This document shows positions 1 to 11,794 of a stretch of DNA of 64,000 bases, piece by piece. The position numbers and the translations under genes were made by a program. Origin of the DNA: Eledone cirrhosa (taxonomy: Eukaryota); assembly GCA_964016885.1 (NCBI GenBank), contig OZ024750.1, positions 31,000,001 through 31,064,000 of the forward strand, in the 5' to 3' direction. Under the pieces are notes generated by a model. The model did not search any database. It was not told the DNA's origin and saw only the letters and a program-made list of their open reading frames with translations. Each line of letters begins with the position of its first letter. Positions within the stretch are counted from its first letter, which is position 1.

Positions 1-475
1 TCAGGGTCTATCTCTGGGTCTCTTGACAGTTGGTTTTGTCTGTAAAATCTGTCCAGCCATTCTTTACTGAGACATTCTAACCACATTCTCATAGTATCGG
101 AGTTGTGATCTCTCAATTCGGAGAAGTAGCGGCTCTACCAGGAGTGACTCTCTGGTCTCTGAGCTATGCAATTTATCGAGTAACGTTACTCCAAAGACCC
201 TTCGGAGGAATCCCATTTCTGCCGCTTTTATTTGCAATTGTATTCTTTTGGTCATTACTCAAGATTCATGATCCTCGGTAAGAGTTGGCAGGAATACAAG
301 GAAGACAGCGAGTTTGGCTTTTACACCTACCTCCCTTCTTCTGATTGCTGAATGCTGCGACTGGCGCATTACTGCATCAACTTTTGCAATTCTTGCACTT
401 AATTTAGCCTCCTGCATTCCATCACCCATGAACAAGATACTTGAACTTCTCTAACTGCTTCAGTATAACTCCATT
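1..475 (-). mobile_element. RTE-clade non-LTR retrotransposon remnant (3' part of ORF, post-RT region)
   Basis: Minus-strand translations give 'LKQLEKFKYL(GS)W' and 'RIQLQIKAAEMGFLRRVFGVTLLDK...LLLRIERSQLRYY..VVRM', typical of the RTE RT C-terminal region. Frameshifted. Same family as 18355-18770. Confidence 0.85.
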
Positions 476-794
476 CATATGTATATAAATTTGAGGGACT
501 TCTGTCCACACGGCCATCACACAATGTGTATGTATTTGTGTGAATGTATGAGTGTGTGTGTGTAAATGGAAGGGAAGGGATACACACATATATGTCTCTA
601 GCTTAAAAACAGTGACACACACACATACATCTCTAATTTAAGAACACCGACAAACTCGTGCGTGCACATGCACACACTGTCCTATTACCACTCAAGAGAT
701 TTGGCCCGGGCAAACATCCCCTCAATTTTGGAACCGGCTGGAAAAGACTAGGTAGCGTCTCGTTTGTTTCCGTTCTTTCGCCTGTATATTGTTC

Positions 795-1570
795 TGTGTG
801 GTATAAGATGTGGGTATTACCTGCTTGTGTATTTTTTCTCTTTCTTTTTTCCCCTTTCCTTTTCCTTTGTATATATTATATTTGTTAGTGTTTTAGTTCT
901 GTAATCATTATATTAAATTTTTATACAAATGAGTTTAAAATAAAAAGAGTTAAACTGTGTGGTTAATTAATAAATAAAAAGTTGTTCTTTTACCCTTCCA
1001 TTTCCAATTCACCGAACGCTATCATGACTGTATGACTGTATGTGTGTGTTTGTGTAAATGTATATATGTGAATATGTGTTTGTGTGAATGTATGTATGTG
1101 TTTGTGTGAAAGTATGTGTATTTGTGTGAATGGGACGTCACAGTTAGTGACTCTTTTGCTTCTTCCCACATCCTGGATGCAGCGGTAAGGGTGAGAGCTA
1201 CAGCATCCGCATCTGAATGAAACAAAATCCTAAAATACCGTGTTCTGTTAGCTAACTACATTATCCAGCCTATGTGGTCTTAGATGTGTGCATTACGTGC
1301 TTGCGTATTTTTTTCGTTTTCCTTTCCTTTGTATATATTATATTTGTTTGTGTTTTCGTTCTGTAATCAATATATTACATTTTTATACAAATGGGTTTTT
1401 AAAAAAATGAGTTAAACTGTGTTGTTAATAAATAAATAAAACGTTGTACTTGTTTTACCCTCCCGTTTCCAGTTCACCGAACGCTATCATGATTGTATTT
1501 GTGTGTTTGTGTAAATATATGTATAAATGTGTGTTTGTGTAAATGTATATGTGTGAAAGTATGTGTATTT
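795..1570. repeat. Diverged local direct duplication (~300-bp blocks ~470 bp apart)
   Basis: 795-1110 and 1270-1570 share long stretches, e.g. 'cctttgtatatattatatttgtt', 'gagttaaactgtgt' and 'ttcaccgaacgctatcatga'. Confidence 0.85.
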
Positions 1571-2039
1571 ATTTGAATGTATGTCCGTGAGCGTGTATTT
1601 TTATAAGTTTGTGTTTGCGCGATTATAGTTATATACTCATAATAGTTATATACTCATACACATAGATGTATGTATGTGCACAATCATACGCGTCAGCGTG
1701 TAGAAAATCATAATCACTCTATCTCTCTCATCACAAACTCTCGCTTTCTATATATATGGTAGTTGAAGTGGTGGTGGTGGCGGCGATATACCGGAAGTGC
1801 AGAAATTTGAAACTTTGAAAAGAAGTCAATTTTAAATTATTTATAAATACGAAATTTAGTTACGAAATTTAGTACATAAATTATGTAATATTCATTCATT
1901 ATTTATTCAAAGTAATCGAACTTATTTTACAAACAAGATAAAAAAATATATATTCTGGATGCAGTCCCGCACTCGTTACTTTATTATAGTTTGGATTTAT
2001 TTTTACAATTTTTCCTATGCATGGCACAAAAATTATAAA

Positions 2040-2108
2040 ATTTCTGTGGCGCACTTGAAATTTGCCATGACCTATTTTAGCAACGTGGCCATAGGTTGGG
2101 AAACACTG
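2040..2108. mobile_element. Possible hAT-type MITE terminus
   Basis: 'ggttgggaaacactg' is the reverse complement of a CAGTGTTTCCCAACC-type hAT TIR. No partner TIR was found. Confidence 0.35.
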
Positions 2109-2955
2109 CTGTAAGATATGCTGTTAGAATCACCCTGATACTGTACGGGCGTGGCTGTGTAGCTATGGAATTTACTTTGCAATCATATGGTTCCTAGTTT
2201 GACGTTTGCTACAAACAGAAAGTTTAAAAAATGTTTCTTTTCATCTTCTTTTCTCTTGTATTCTTTTAAAATTCCTTATTTATTTTCATGATAAACACAC
2301 ATCTGTAGAACAACAGTACCAGACGTAACCAAAGCTGTCTAATAAATCCTTACTGCAGAGTAACAGTAACAGATGTAACTAAAGCTGTCGAAATATGTCA
2401 ATAAATCATTACTGTTATCTCACATGACTCGTACATACGATTTATAACAGCTAATATATTTTATGTTAAGCACAGATATCTGTAGAGAAATATGTAACTG
2501 AAGCTGTGTAAATGTGTAAAGAAATACACAGTCGCTTGTAGACATATGTACATATACGTGTTTATTATATCTCTCTCTACGGACCGTAAAGAAACGTGAA
2601 CTATTCCACTTGAGTTATTACTCAAGTTACTGTCTTCGGATAAGGCATAAATATATAATAATCCACCAATATGGCCTAATAAATGAATTGGAAAGTTCAG
2701 TTTGCATAATATTAGTGTTTATGTTGGGAGTAAATTCAATTAGATACGAAATAAATTTATATAAGGAACAGGAAAAATGGAAGGCAAAAATCATCTCCAT
2801 TGTTGCATGAAGATAAAACCTAACCTGATTATCGCAATGTAATTTCTCCAAACATATAGCATTCCCCCTACATGTTAGCATCATTCCTTTGCACAAAACA
2901 TGGCTGAATAATTAAGAAGTCTGTGCTGCAGTAATTATTAGGCACTTCCCTGTAT

Positions 2956-3075
2956 GATCTGAGTTCAAATCCCACCGAGGTTAACTTTGCCTTTCATCCT
3001 TCCGGGGTAGATAGAATAAAGTACCAGTAATGCATTGGGTAATTGCTGGCCTTGTGCCAAAAGTAGAAACAATTA
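2956..3075 (+). mobile_element. tRNA-derived SINE (Deu/Nin-like core), 5'-truncated
   Basis: B-box-like 'gagttcaaatcc', core 'gcctttcatccttccggggtagatagaataaagtaccag' and tail 'ggccttgtgccaaaagtagaaacaatta', shared with many other copies in the window. Confidence 0.85.
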
Positions 3076-3084
3076 TTAGGTACC

Positions 3085-3445
3085 AGAGTCGATCTCTCTG
3101 CAATGGACCTCCTTCGGTTTCGACGATGAATGCTCCAGTTGTTCGAACGACGGAATAGCTTGGTCATGAAATTAAGGTGTAAGCGGGTGAGTATTCCACA
3201 GACACGTATACTCTTAACGTAATTCTCTGGAAGATTCGGTGTGACACAGTTTGGGACAAGGCTTGCTTTTTAAATTGCAGGTACAGTTCATCTGATGGGC
3301 TTTCAAACAGTGTCCATCTACCAAATTTTATATACAAGTTTTGGCCGATTGGTGGCTATTGTAAACGACACTCAAGATACCACGCAGTGGGATCGAATCT
3401 GGGTCTTAATGATAGAAAGCAAACTTCTTAACCACTGGGCCATGC
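3085..3445 (-). mobile_element. Second tRNA-derived SINE family, degenerate copy
   Basis: tRNA-like head in reverse ('gggatcgaatc...ttaaccactgggccatgc'). Body 'catgaaattaa...ttccacagacacgtatactcttaacgtaatt' is shared with 16575-17075 and 21770-22070. Confidence 0.7.
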
Positions 3446-3514
3446 TAAATATATATATATGCCAGGGCATGCAAAGCATAAGGGACCTAAACAAATATTG
3501 TAATGCAGTCTGTC

Positions 3515-4530
3515 CAACGATCTACCAATGCCACCGATAATCTACCAATGCCACCAACATTCTACCAATACCACCGCCAAGCCTACAAATACCAGCGCCA
3601 TTCTACCAATACCACCCAATATATACCAATGCCAGCGCCATTCTACTAATACCACCACCAATCTACCAATATCACCACCAATCTACCAATACCAGCGACA
3701 ATCTACCAATACCATCGATTATCTACCAATGCTAGCGCCATTCTACCAATACCAGCGCCAATCTACCAATACCACCGACAATCTACCAAACACTACCGAC
3801 AATCTACCAATACCACTGACTATCTACCAATACCACCACCAATCTACCAATACCAGCGACAATCTACCAATACCATCGATTATCTACCAATACCACCGAC
3901 ATTCTACCAATACCAGCGCCAATCTACCAATACCACCGACTTTCTACCAATACCATCGACAATCTACCAAACACTACCGACAATCTACCAATACCAGCGC
4001 CAATCTACCAATACCACCGACTATCTACCAATACCACCGACAATCTACCAAACACTACCGACAATCTACCAATACCACCGACTATCTACCAATACCACCG
4101 ACAATCTACCAATACTACTGACAATTTACCAATACCATCGATTATCTACCAATACCACCGACAATCTACCAAACACTACCGACAATCTACCAATACCACT
4201 GACTATCTACCAATACCACCGACAATCTATCAATACCACTGACAATCTACCAATACCACTGAAAATCTACCAATACTACTGACAATCTACCAATACCACT
4301 GACAATCTACCAATACAACTGACAATCTACCAAACACTACCGACAATCTACCAATACCACTGACTATCTACCAATACCACCGACAATCTACCAATACTAC
4401 TGACAATCTACCAATACTACTGACAATCTACCAAACACTACCGACAATCTACCAATACTACTGACAATCTACCAATACCACCGACAATCTACCAATACCA
4501 CCGACAATCTACCAATACCACTGACAATCT
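3515..4530. repeat. 20/21-bp minisatellite (caatctaccaataccaccga)n, ~50 units
   Basis: Directly visible tandem units with strong C/A strand bias. The 197-aa ORF here is a repeat artefact. Confidence 0.97.
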
Positions 4531-5409
4531 ATTTTACTGGAATTTGTACGCTTAATGTAGAAATATGCCTCAAAACGGTCTATCCATATTTGTTCTTGTT
4601 TTCTTCACCCAGTTCAAATCACTGAGTGTTAGCTCTGGCTTTCATCTTTTCTCGGTTCATTAAAAAAGGCCTAGTCTAGTACTGGGCTTGATTGATCTTC
4701 TATATCTCTTTCTCGCTTCCTCTCTATCATTCTGACCCCTTCTTTGGAAGGAATCCGGTGTGTTTAAACCTGGAGAAAGGATGGGCTCCGCTAATTATAA
4801 ATTGTCCAAGAAACTCCACAAGACCCTACAGCACATCTACGACTCCACCAAGAGTTACGTGTCCATGCATACATACATATATATACACACACACATACAC
4901 GCACACGTACATACATATAAACAAACTGTCCTCATTAAATATATTCCCGTCGTGTACTGGGGGTTATTTAACCGATTGTTTTTCCTTTCCCATAATTAAT
5001 GTCTTCAGACCAAATTTTGAAAACTTTATTATCGATTTAAGAAAAAAAAAAAATGAAAACCAACAAAAAACTTTCCAACTTCTGTTTCATTCTCAATAAA
5101 TATTTAAAATTAAGTTAACATTTTTAGAATCACCGACGGTTGGTTTGAAACATTTCGTTATAATTCCCACGGCAACCTGATGTAACTAACGCAATCTCTC
5201 TATTTTCTTCATATACAACCATATAGTCTAAAATTCATTAACTCATGAAGCACACGTCACTGCTCCTCATTTTACACTATTAGGTTTTCCCAATTACCTT
5301 TTTGTTTTCTGCTTCAACAACTAGCATTGTCTTCACTATAGGAAAAGCTGCGAGTTTCTAATTACAAGATTTTTGTAAACAAAAATAAACGACAGTCTGA
5401 ATGAACGCG

Positions 5410-5772
5410 TAGTAGTAGAAGTAGTAATGGTGATGGTGGTGATGGTGGTGGTGGTAGTAGCAGTAGTGATGGTGGTAGTGGTAATAGTAACAGTAACACT
5501 AGTAGTAATGATGGTAGTAAGAATAATTATGATGGTGGCAGTAGTAGTAATTGTAGTAGCAGTGATGGTGGTAGAAGCGATAATTCAAGTAGGGTTATTT
5601 TAGTGGTGGTGGTAGTAGTAGTAGTAAAATTAGTAGTTGTAGTAGAACTGAATTCTTTACTGTAGCACAAGAATGCCCCATATATTTATACATTATATGA
5701 CCGTATAATATTTTGAGTAGGATTATAATGGTGGTATAACAGTGGTGGTAGTAGTAGTAGTAGTAGTAGTAA
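5410..5772. repeat. Degenerate (GTA/GTG)n trinucleotide tract
   Basis: Runs of gtagtagta and gtggtggtg. Confidence 0.9.
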
Positions 5773-5929
5773 TGAATATCTTACTTTTTCCACAAGAGAA
5801 GTCCTCAATTATTCACACTCAAACACACACACACACACATGTATGTACCTCCTCCACACACACACCACGTATACATGCTAAGGTTGTCGATCAAATCCTA
5901 TGATGACCATCTGCGTTAATTATGAAACG

Positions 5930-6440
5930 TGTGGAGCCTGTATTTCTTAAAGAGTTTCACTAATAAGGAGCGAGGTGTTGCACGGACGTCTGGAGAATTA
6001 ATTGCTATATCTACCATAAGTTGGATAACATTTAGAAATCCGATATATCGAACAAACCTAAAATCAGCCCGTTTAGAACAACAGTACAGCCTATCATTCT
6101 CTAAGGTTCCTACACTTGGACCTTTAACTTTCTTTACAGAACCATTGAGATGGATGTTACACTACCCTTCTGAGAAAGACTCAAGATATTCTTCTCTGGC
6201 AGACGACATATACCACACTTAATCACATATATGGAAAAATCCCAAAAGTACGTTCATGACTGATTGAACCTCGTCCAGTGTTTACTGGCCACTGCTTCTG
6301 GGTAAACTATGAGATGATTTCAGACCTCTTGTTGTAGATCTCCTCCATCAGAAAGCTCAGATACCAGAATACCATAGTAAGAGACACTGGAATTGAGAAG
6401 GAAGTTGGTGTGAAGTGGTGCTGGCTGTCTCGCCTAAGTG
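5930..6440 (+). mobile_element. Highly decayed LINE reverse-transcriptase remnant
   Basis: Broken motifs in the expected order: 'KVPTLGPLTF' (QGSxLGPLLF-like), 'LADDI' (YADD-like) and 'KLRYQNTIVRDTGIEKEV' (KYLG-like). Many stops and frameshifts. Confidence 0.45.
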
Positions 6441-6459
6441 TGATAGATAATATTGAAAA

Positions 6460-6700
6460 TTGTGATTATAACTACCGACCGCCATTGCTTAGATGCCTTT
6501 TCCAGAGATCCAGGCCTTCCGCCACACACGAGTCATCTAGAGTATACATTCTCTATTTAATTATTTTAGCCTCTCGGGTCGAATCGCATCCTCTCCAGTC
6601 CAGACACTTTGCCACACATCAGCGCTTTAATTGCTTTGGTCAACTCAGCCTCAGTGGGGTTAATCTTCGCCTATAGATACACCTCATATATATCAGAAGA
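6460..6700 (-). mobile_element. RTE-clade RT N-terminal remnant
   Basis: Minus strand reads 'PTEAELTKAIKALMCGKVSGL..IRPERLK*LNRECIL*MTRVWRKAWISGK..KQWR', matching the RT domain-0/1 pattern GKAxGxDxIxPEML...W. Confidence 0.75.
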
Positions 6701-6963
6701 TTTTGATGTGAACAGATTTAGGAAATCAGCTGATTTCTACCGTCTTGCTAACTGCTCTTTCTCTCCGATTTTAACTCCAACGTCAGCCCCAGACAATGCC
6801 ACATGTTTCCAGTGCGATAAAGAATCTCATATACTGATTCACTAACGAAAGCCCATCTCAATTTATTGACTAGATAATATGGCTTCTTTCATCAAACACA
6901 TTGTCTGAACTGAGTTTTTAAGTAATTCTAAATTAGATAGACGCATACATTATATATACATTA

Positions 6964-6969
<6 letters not shown>

Positions 6970-7046
<77 letters not shown>
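6970..7046. repeat. (TA)n microsatellite
   Basis: Perfect TA run. Confidence 0.98.
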
Positions 7047-7050
<4 letters not shown>

Positions 7051-7185
7051 GGTTTGTTGGTTCACCACTGGATAGAATTGGTCATTCCGTATGGTCAATC
7101 TTGATGTAATATTATGGAGAGTACTCAACGTAGTGCAGTTCACCTGTCTTCGTTTGTGTAGTTGGTGGTGCTAATACGGAGTTAA

Positions 7186-7443
7186 TTATTATAAATAAAA
7201 TAACAGGAGGCTGGACTGGTGGAAATCCTTGAAAAGTTTATTATACTATGATCATTTCAATGAGCGGGTTCCGTATGAATCCGGTGATATCATCAGGTAT
7301 TCGAAATATAACAAAGGAATATATAAAATCCATGGTTGGTCAGTCGTCCTCTCTGTCTCTGATTTCGGACCCGGTCATTGAAATGTTCATAGTATAATAA
7401 ACTTTTCAAGGATTTACACCAGTCCAGCTTCCTGATATTTTAT

Positions 7444-7450
<7 letters not shown>
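7186..7450. mobile_element. Fold-back element (~85-bp inverted arms) between TA tracts, possibly Penelope-like terminal repeat
   Basis: 7186-7273 'attataaataaaataacaggaggctggactggtggaaatccttgaaaagtttattatactatgatcatttcaatgagcgggttccg' is the near reverse complement of 7366-7450. A hammerhead-like CTGATGA...GAAA lies on the minus strand at 7250-7298. Confidence 0.7.
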
Positions 7451-7533
<83 letters not shown>

Positions 7534-7546
7534 TGTGTGTGTGTGT
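7447..7546. repeat. (TA)n(TG)n compound microsatellite
   Basis: Direct reading. Confidence 0.97.
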
Positions 7547-7629
7547 AAAAGGTAAACAGAAATAACAGCAGAATCGTTACAGTTTATGGAAGGGATATAT
7601 TAGGTTAACGCTTGATATAGCAGGAAGTG

Positions 7630-7670
7630 GGTGTTAACGTTTCGGGCGCTAGTCATTCATCAGAAGAAAG
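7630..7670 (-). ncRNA. Degenerate minimal hammerhead ribozyme motif (Penelope-type)
   Basis: Minus strand reads ctt-CTGATGA-atgactagcgccc-GAAAC-GTTA. The core boxes are intact but stems I and II pair poorly. Confidence 0.45.
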
Positions 7671-7809
7671 AATGAGAAATAAGATAGATTGAGAGGACGG
7701 GCGGGTTGAAATTGGAAAAAATGTCTTTAGATAAAAATAACAGATCCATTCATGTTGACATCTCTTAAGTATGTTTTAAAATAGTGAGCGAGTTTCAAAC
7801 ACGAAATAG

Positions 7810-8111
7810 AAGCTTTTGCTGTATTATTTTTACTAAAGAAATTTTAGCCTGATAGTGGGGTTTAGAAACCTCTGAGAAATGGAAAAAGATTAATAGTGAC
7901 GTACATGGGAGCTGAACCCACATCTTTGGTTATCCAGACCACTGTGCTACAATGATGTGTTGGTGTAATAGTAGCACTATGGTCTGGATAACCAAAGATG
8001 TGGGTTCGACTCCCATGTACGTCAATATTAATCTTTTTCCATTTCTTAGAGGGCTCTAAACCCCACTATCAGACTAAAATTTCTTTAGTAAAAAAAATAC
8101 GACGAAAGCTT
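7810..8111. repeat. Long inverted repeat (~140-bp arms, 20-nt spacer) centred on a tRNA-like head
   Basis: 7810-7950 is the reverse complement of 7971-8111 with few mismatches. The right side has A-box-like 'tggtgtaatagta' and B-box 'ggttcgactcc'. Confidence 0.9.
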
Positions 8112-8272
8112 TTATAAGATCCCGTTAAGAGTGAAAGCAGCGATTCTTTGCTTAAACTTTAATCTGTTATTTTAATAAATATTTGCTCTATGGTTTTATA
8201 TATTTAGATATATATATTATCCCTGTCGAGCCCTCTTCGGATTTTAGTCTTCACATTTTGTATTATTACTAT

Positions 8273-8315
<43 letters not shown>

Positions 8316-8684
8316 AGCGAAATGAGGTCTATTAGGAATAGAACTATTTTATTCGTAAGAATGAAACAGTTTTAGTACTGCAGAACTCATTTCTATAATA
8401 AAGCAAATATGCCTATACTCTACTAACGTATTGAGTACCTTTTTAAACTGTGATCATCTTCCGATATACATCTGGAATCGACCCCCCCCCCCCCCCTTCC
8501 CCGCTCTCTCTCTCCATACATACAATAACTAGTAATTTTGTCACCATTGAAGTGAGATGTGGTATTTTGATCTGTATTATATTTTATCTTTAGGTATGAC
8601 CATTTACAGAAAGTGAAAGGAAGTTATTTCAAAGGATCTGAGTAATTAAACACTTCTTTGACTATTATTTTAAGGTATTTTAAG

Positions 8685-8859
8685 GGCGGTGAATTGGCAG
8701 TATTGGTAGAGGGTCAGATATGCTTTCCAGTCCGTTTACGATCTGAGTTCAAATCCCGCAGAGGTTAACTTTGCCTTTCATCCTTACGGGGTCGATAAAA
8801 TAAAGTACCAGTAATGTACTAGGTAATTGCTGGCTTTGTGCCAAAAGTAGAAACAATTA
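8685..8859 (+). mobile_element. tRNA-derived SINE (Deu/Nin-like core)
   Basis: Full head 'ggcggtgaattggcagtattggtagag', B box, core and 'agaaacaatta' tail. Confidence 0.9.
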
Positions 8860-9773
8860 TATTTTACCTTTAGTTGAAGTTGCTTTTATTGTAGTCAGAA
8901 ATTTGTCGAGAAATTTATGATGTGCTTTGCTTGTGTCAAGGTGTAATGTAAGGAAAAAGAAACATTTCCATTAGTTTAACAATAAGTTTTACAGACCTTT
9001 GAATGTTTGGGTTATTGTATCAATTTTCTCAGTGTAATCTATGATGTGAGAATGGTTTCAAATTTCTGCCTCTATTATACTAGGTTACGTTTCTGTTTAA
9101 GGTCAGTTAATAGAATGAGATTTAAAGCAGTAATAGTGTTAATAATCAGTGTTAGTTTAGTTCTAACTGGCAGTAAACATTAAGAAAATGGAGACCAATT
9201 ATGCTTAATTAGATAAAGACAAAATGTCGATTTGTTCTGAAGTGTTGTTGAAGATATCAAGAATTATGGCGTATTCATTATATGACAGAAGGTAATCTAC
9301 TCCAACGATAATACTACACCATTTGTTAATTTCACTCTCAATGAATAACGAACGGAACTATCCATGCATTTTATCCGGTTTAAGGCTGTCTCTATTATAT
9401 ATTTGTAATGCTTCTGTGCACAATGTCATACATCGCCTCATTGTTAATATTATGGCGTCGAGTTAACACAGAGAGCTTCAATATAGTCACTAGACTGGCT
9501 AGAAATAACAACCGAATATCCCACAAATTAGACTATATCATCTCGGGAATATAATGAATAACATTGGATAATTTATTTCTACATGCCAATAGAAATACGG
9601 GATTGGCATGGCTGGAATGACTTTGATTATCTGTCTGCTCGGTCAAGGTTGACTTGAGGCTAAATGACATATTACAGCATAGTTTACATATAAGAAGACG
9701 GTAGCTTTTAGTATTGTATATGTATATTATAGTACTGTAGCATGGTAACTATATAATGTAGTGCAGTAGTATG

Positions 9774-9823
<50 letters not shown>

Positions 9824-9834
9824 ATGTGTGTGTA

Positions 9835-10010
9835 TAGGTATCACAACAAAAAGCATCCAACCCACACTGTAAATGTGGTTGGCGTTAGGAAGGGCATCCA
9901 CCATAGAAACCAAACTAGAAACAGTTATGTCTGACAAAGACACAGTCACCTGATTCGACTTGCTTCAAACGGGACAACCCATCCAACCCATGCCACCGTG
10001 GAAACGATGA
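9835..10010 (+). mobile_element. SINE 3' portion with RTE-like tail (third family)
   Basis: 'gtggttggcgttaggaagggcatcc...ccatccaacccatgcca..gtggaaacgatga' sits between microsatellites. Recognised from memory of cephalopod repeats and not verified. Confidence 0.55.
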
Positions 10011-10254
10011 TATATATATATATATTATAGTGCTGTATATGTATATTGTAGTGTTGTAGTATCGTATATGTTACCGTATTGGCAAATATCAAAGTTACTT
10101 CCTACTGCATTCTTGTGCAGGGCCTGCATTTTTAATGAATGTATAATGATGTAATTGAGGAGGTCCTTCAAGTAATGTACCACTTCGTCTGACATTGGTG
10201 GTATATCACCATTAGCTGGGTTGAAATGACTTTGTTTTTCCCTGCGTTGAGACA

Positions 10255-10502
10255 GGTCATGGCGGGCGGAATTTGAACTCAGAACGTAGAGAGAAGGAAC
10301 AAACAGCAGATGGATTTTCGTCGGAGACCCTAAAGCTTTTGTCAATTCACTCCCCTAAACCAATACGTTATTTATCAAAGCTAAATGTCTGTAGGGAAAA
10401 GTTAACCTCGACAGAATTTTAATTCAGAGATCTGAGACTCGGAACAAATATCCGAAGTATATTCAATCCAACGCACTTACATTTCTACCAATCCACCGCC
10501 TT
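10255..10502 (-). mobile_element. Two old degenerate SINE heads
   Basis: 'gcggaatttgaactcagaacgta' and 'aagttaacctcgacagaattttaattcaga...tctaccaatccaccgcc' match the reverse of the main SINE. Confidence 0.65.
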
Positions 10503-11603
10503 TGCATTCTATTTCAAATTTATTTAAATTTCAGGGGCTTTCTTTTTTTCATCACAGTCTTCATTTCAGTATTATCATTTTAGTTACGAATTCGTGACTC
10601 TTTCTTTAGCTTGTGGCTTTTATTATGACTGAGCGAATATTTTTTTCTCGATCCCAGAAAATGAAAAACGGCTTTTGATGTATTTCTTCAAGTTACACAT
10701 TAAATATCTAGTTAAGTCCATTATACTTTATACTTATGCCATCGTTTTCGTTCTCTTGCATTAAGTCCAACTAAGGTAATCCCGGCATGAATAAAATGTG
10801 TGTTTATCCAACGGCCAGATTCCATTCTTCCTTCGATTAATTAAGTTCAGACTTGAGGCAATTTATATCTTCGTCCCTGTCTTTAGTGCAGATTAACTTC
10901 TCCAAATCTTGCTGTTCTTTCGCGACTTTTATCCAATTTCTTTTCCATTGTTTCTGTTGTGCGGCCGTTAACCAATGATATGATGGGCTACGTGCCCAAC
11001 AGACATTATTAAAGTTTAACATTTATTCTTGACACGGATATTATGGAATAAAAATATATAAACATAATTTGCAATATAAATACAATAAATATAATGTCCC
11101 CAAATTATTAGAACAAAAGAAACAAAAACTAACGTTTGCGTTGCCTTCATCTTACCGTCCATTTCACTTTCCACATTATATATCATATATAATACTTCAA
11201 GCAAACTACATTTTATTAACAAATATAAATTTTAAATATTTAGCAAGACATTCTCAAAACAACATATAGACAACTATATCAATCTCAGTATATGACTGGT
11301 GCTTAGCTTTATGAAACCCAGAACTATGATCTGCAAATTTGATCATCTCGGTGGAATGAAACCAAAACGACAACTCTCAAAGACACAATGTTATGAATGT
11401 TTGGACTATGGTACATTCGATTCAATAGAACCGACTATACAACCATGTTTGCATAAATAACCTAAATTGATGTAATTAATATCACAATTAATTTAGTTTG
11501 GTTCCATTACATTAGGATTTAATAATATCAAACCTAGTTACAATGGTTGAGATTTTGTGAAAAGTCCAGTCAATATTTCTCCTATTATCTAAGTTACTGA
11601 TAA

Positions 11604-11794
11604 GACAGTGGATTGGCAGTATCGGTGGAGGGTCGGACGCCATGCTTTGATGCATAGAGTTACGGCCCTTGCCATTCTGAGTTCAAATCCCGCCGAGGTT
11701 AACTTTGCCTTTCATCCTTACGAGGTCGATAAAATAAAGTACCAGTAATGCACTGGGTAATTGCTGGCCTTGTGCCAAAAAGTAGAAACAATTA
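11604..11794 (+). mobile_element. Young full-length SINE with 18-bp TSD
   Basis: Flanked by ttatctaagttactgata at 11585-11602 and 11792-11809. Confidence 0.93.

Noticed and set aside
700-1990. Helitron-like element spanning the local duplication
   Set aside because: 'ctag' and an 'actttattatag' end are suggestive, but no clear subterminal hairpin was found.
2295-2530. Three degenerate copies of 'atgtaactaaagctgt'
   Set aside because: Old short local duplication with no further structure.
3528-4121. 197-aa ORF
   Set aside because: Translation of a 20/21-bp minisatellite cycling through frames; stop-poor by composition.
7957-8022. Functional tRNA gene
   Set aside because: The acceptor and D stems do not pair convincingly and it is embedded in a palindrome; treated as a tRNA-derived head.
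10730-10740. Recurrent 'ataagt' at ends of exon-like segments (also ~25541, ~27604) as non-canonical AT donors
   Set aside because: It does not match the U12 ATATCCTT donor, and it is expected by chance or decay in AT-rich DNA.
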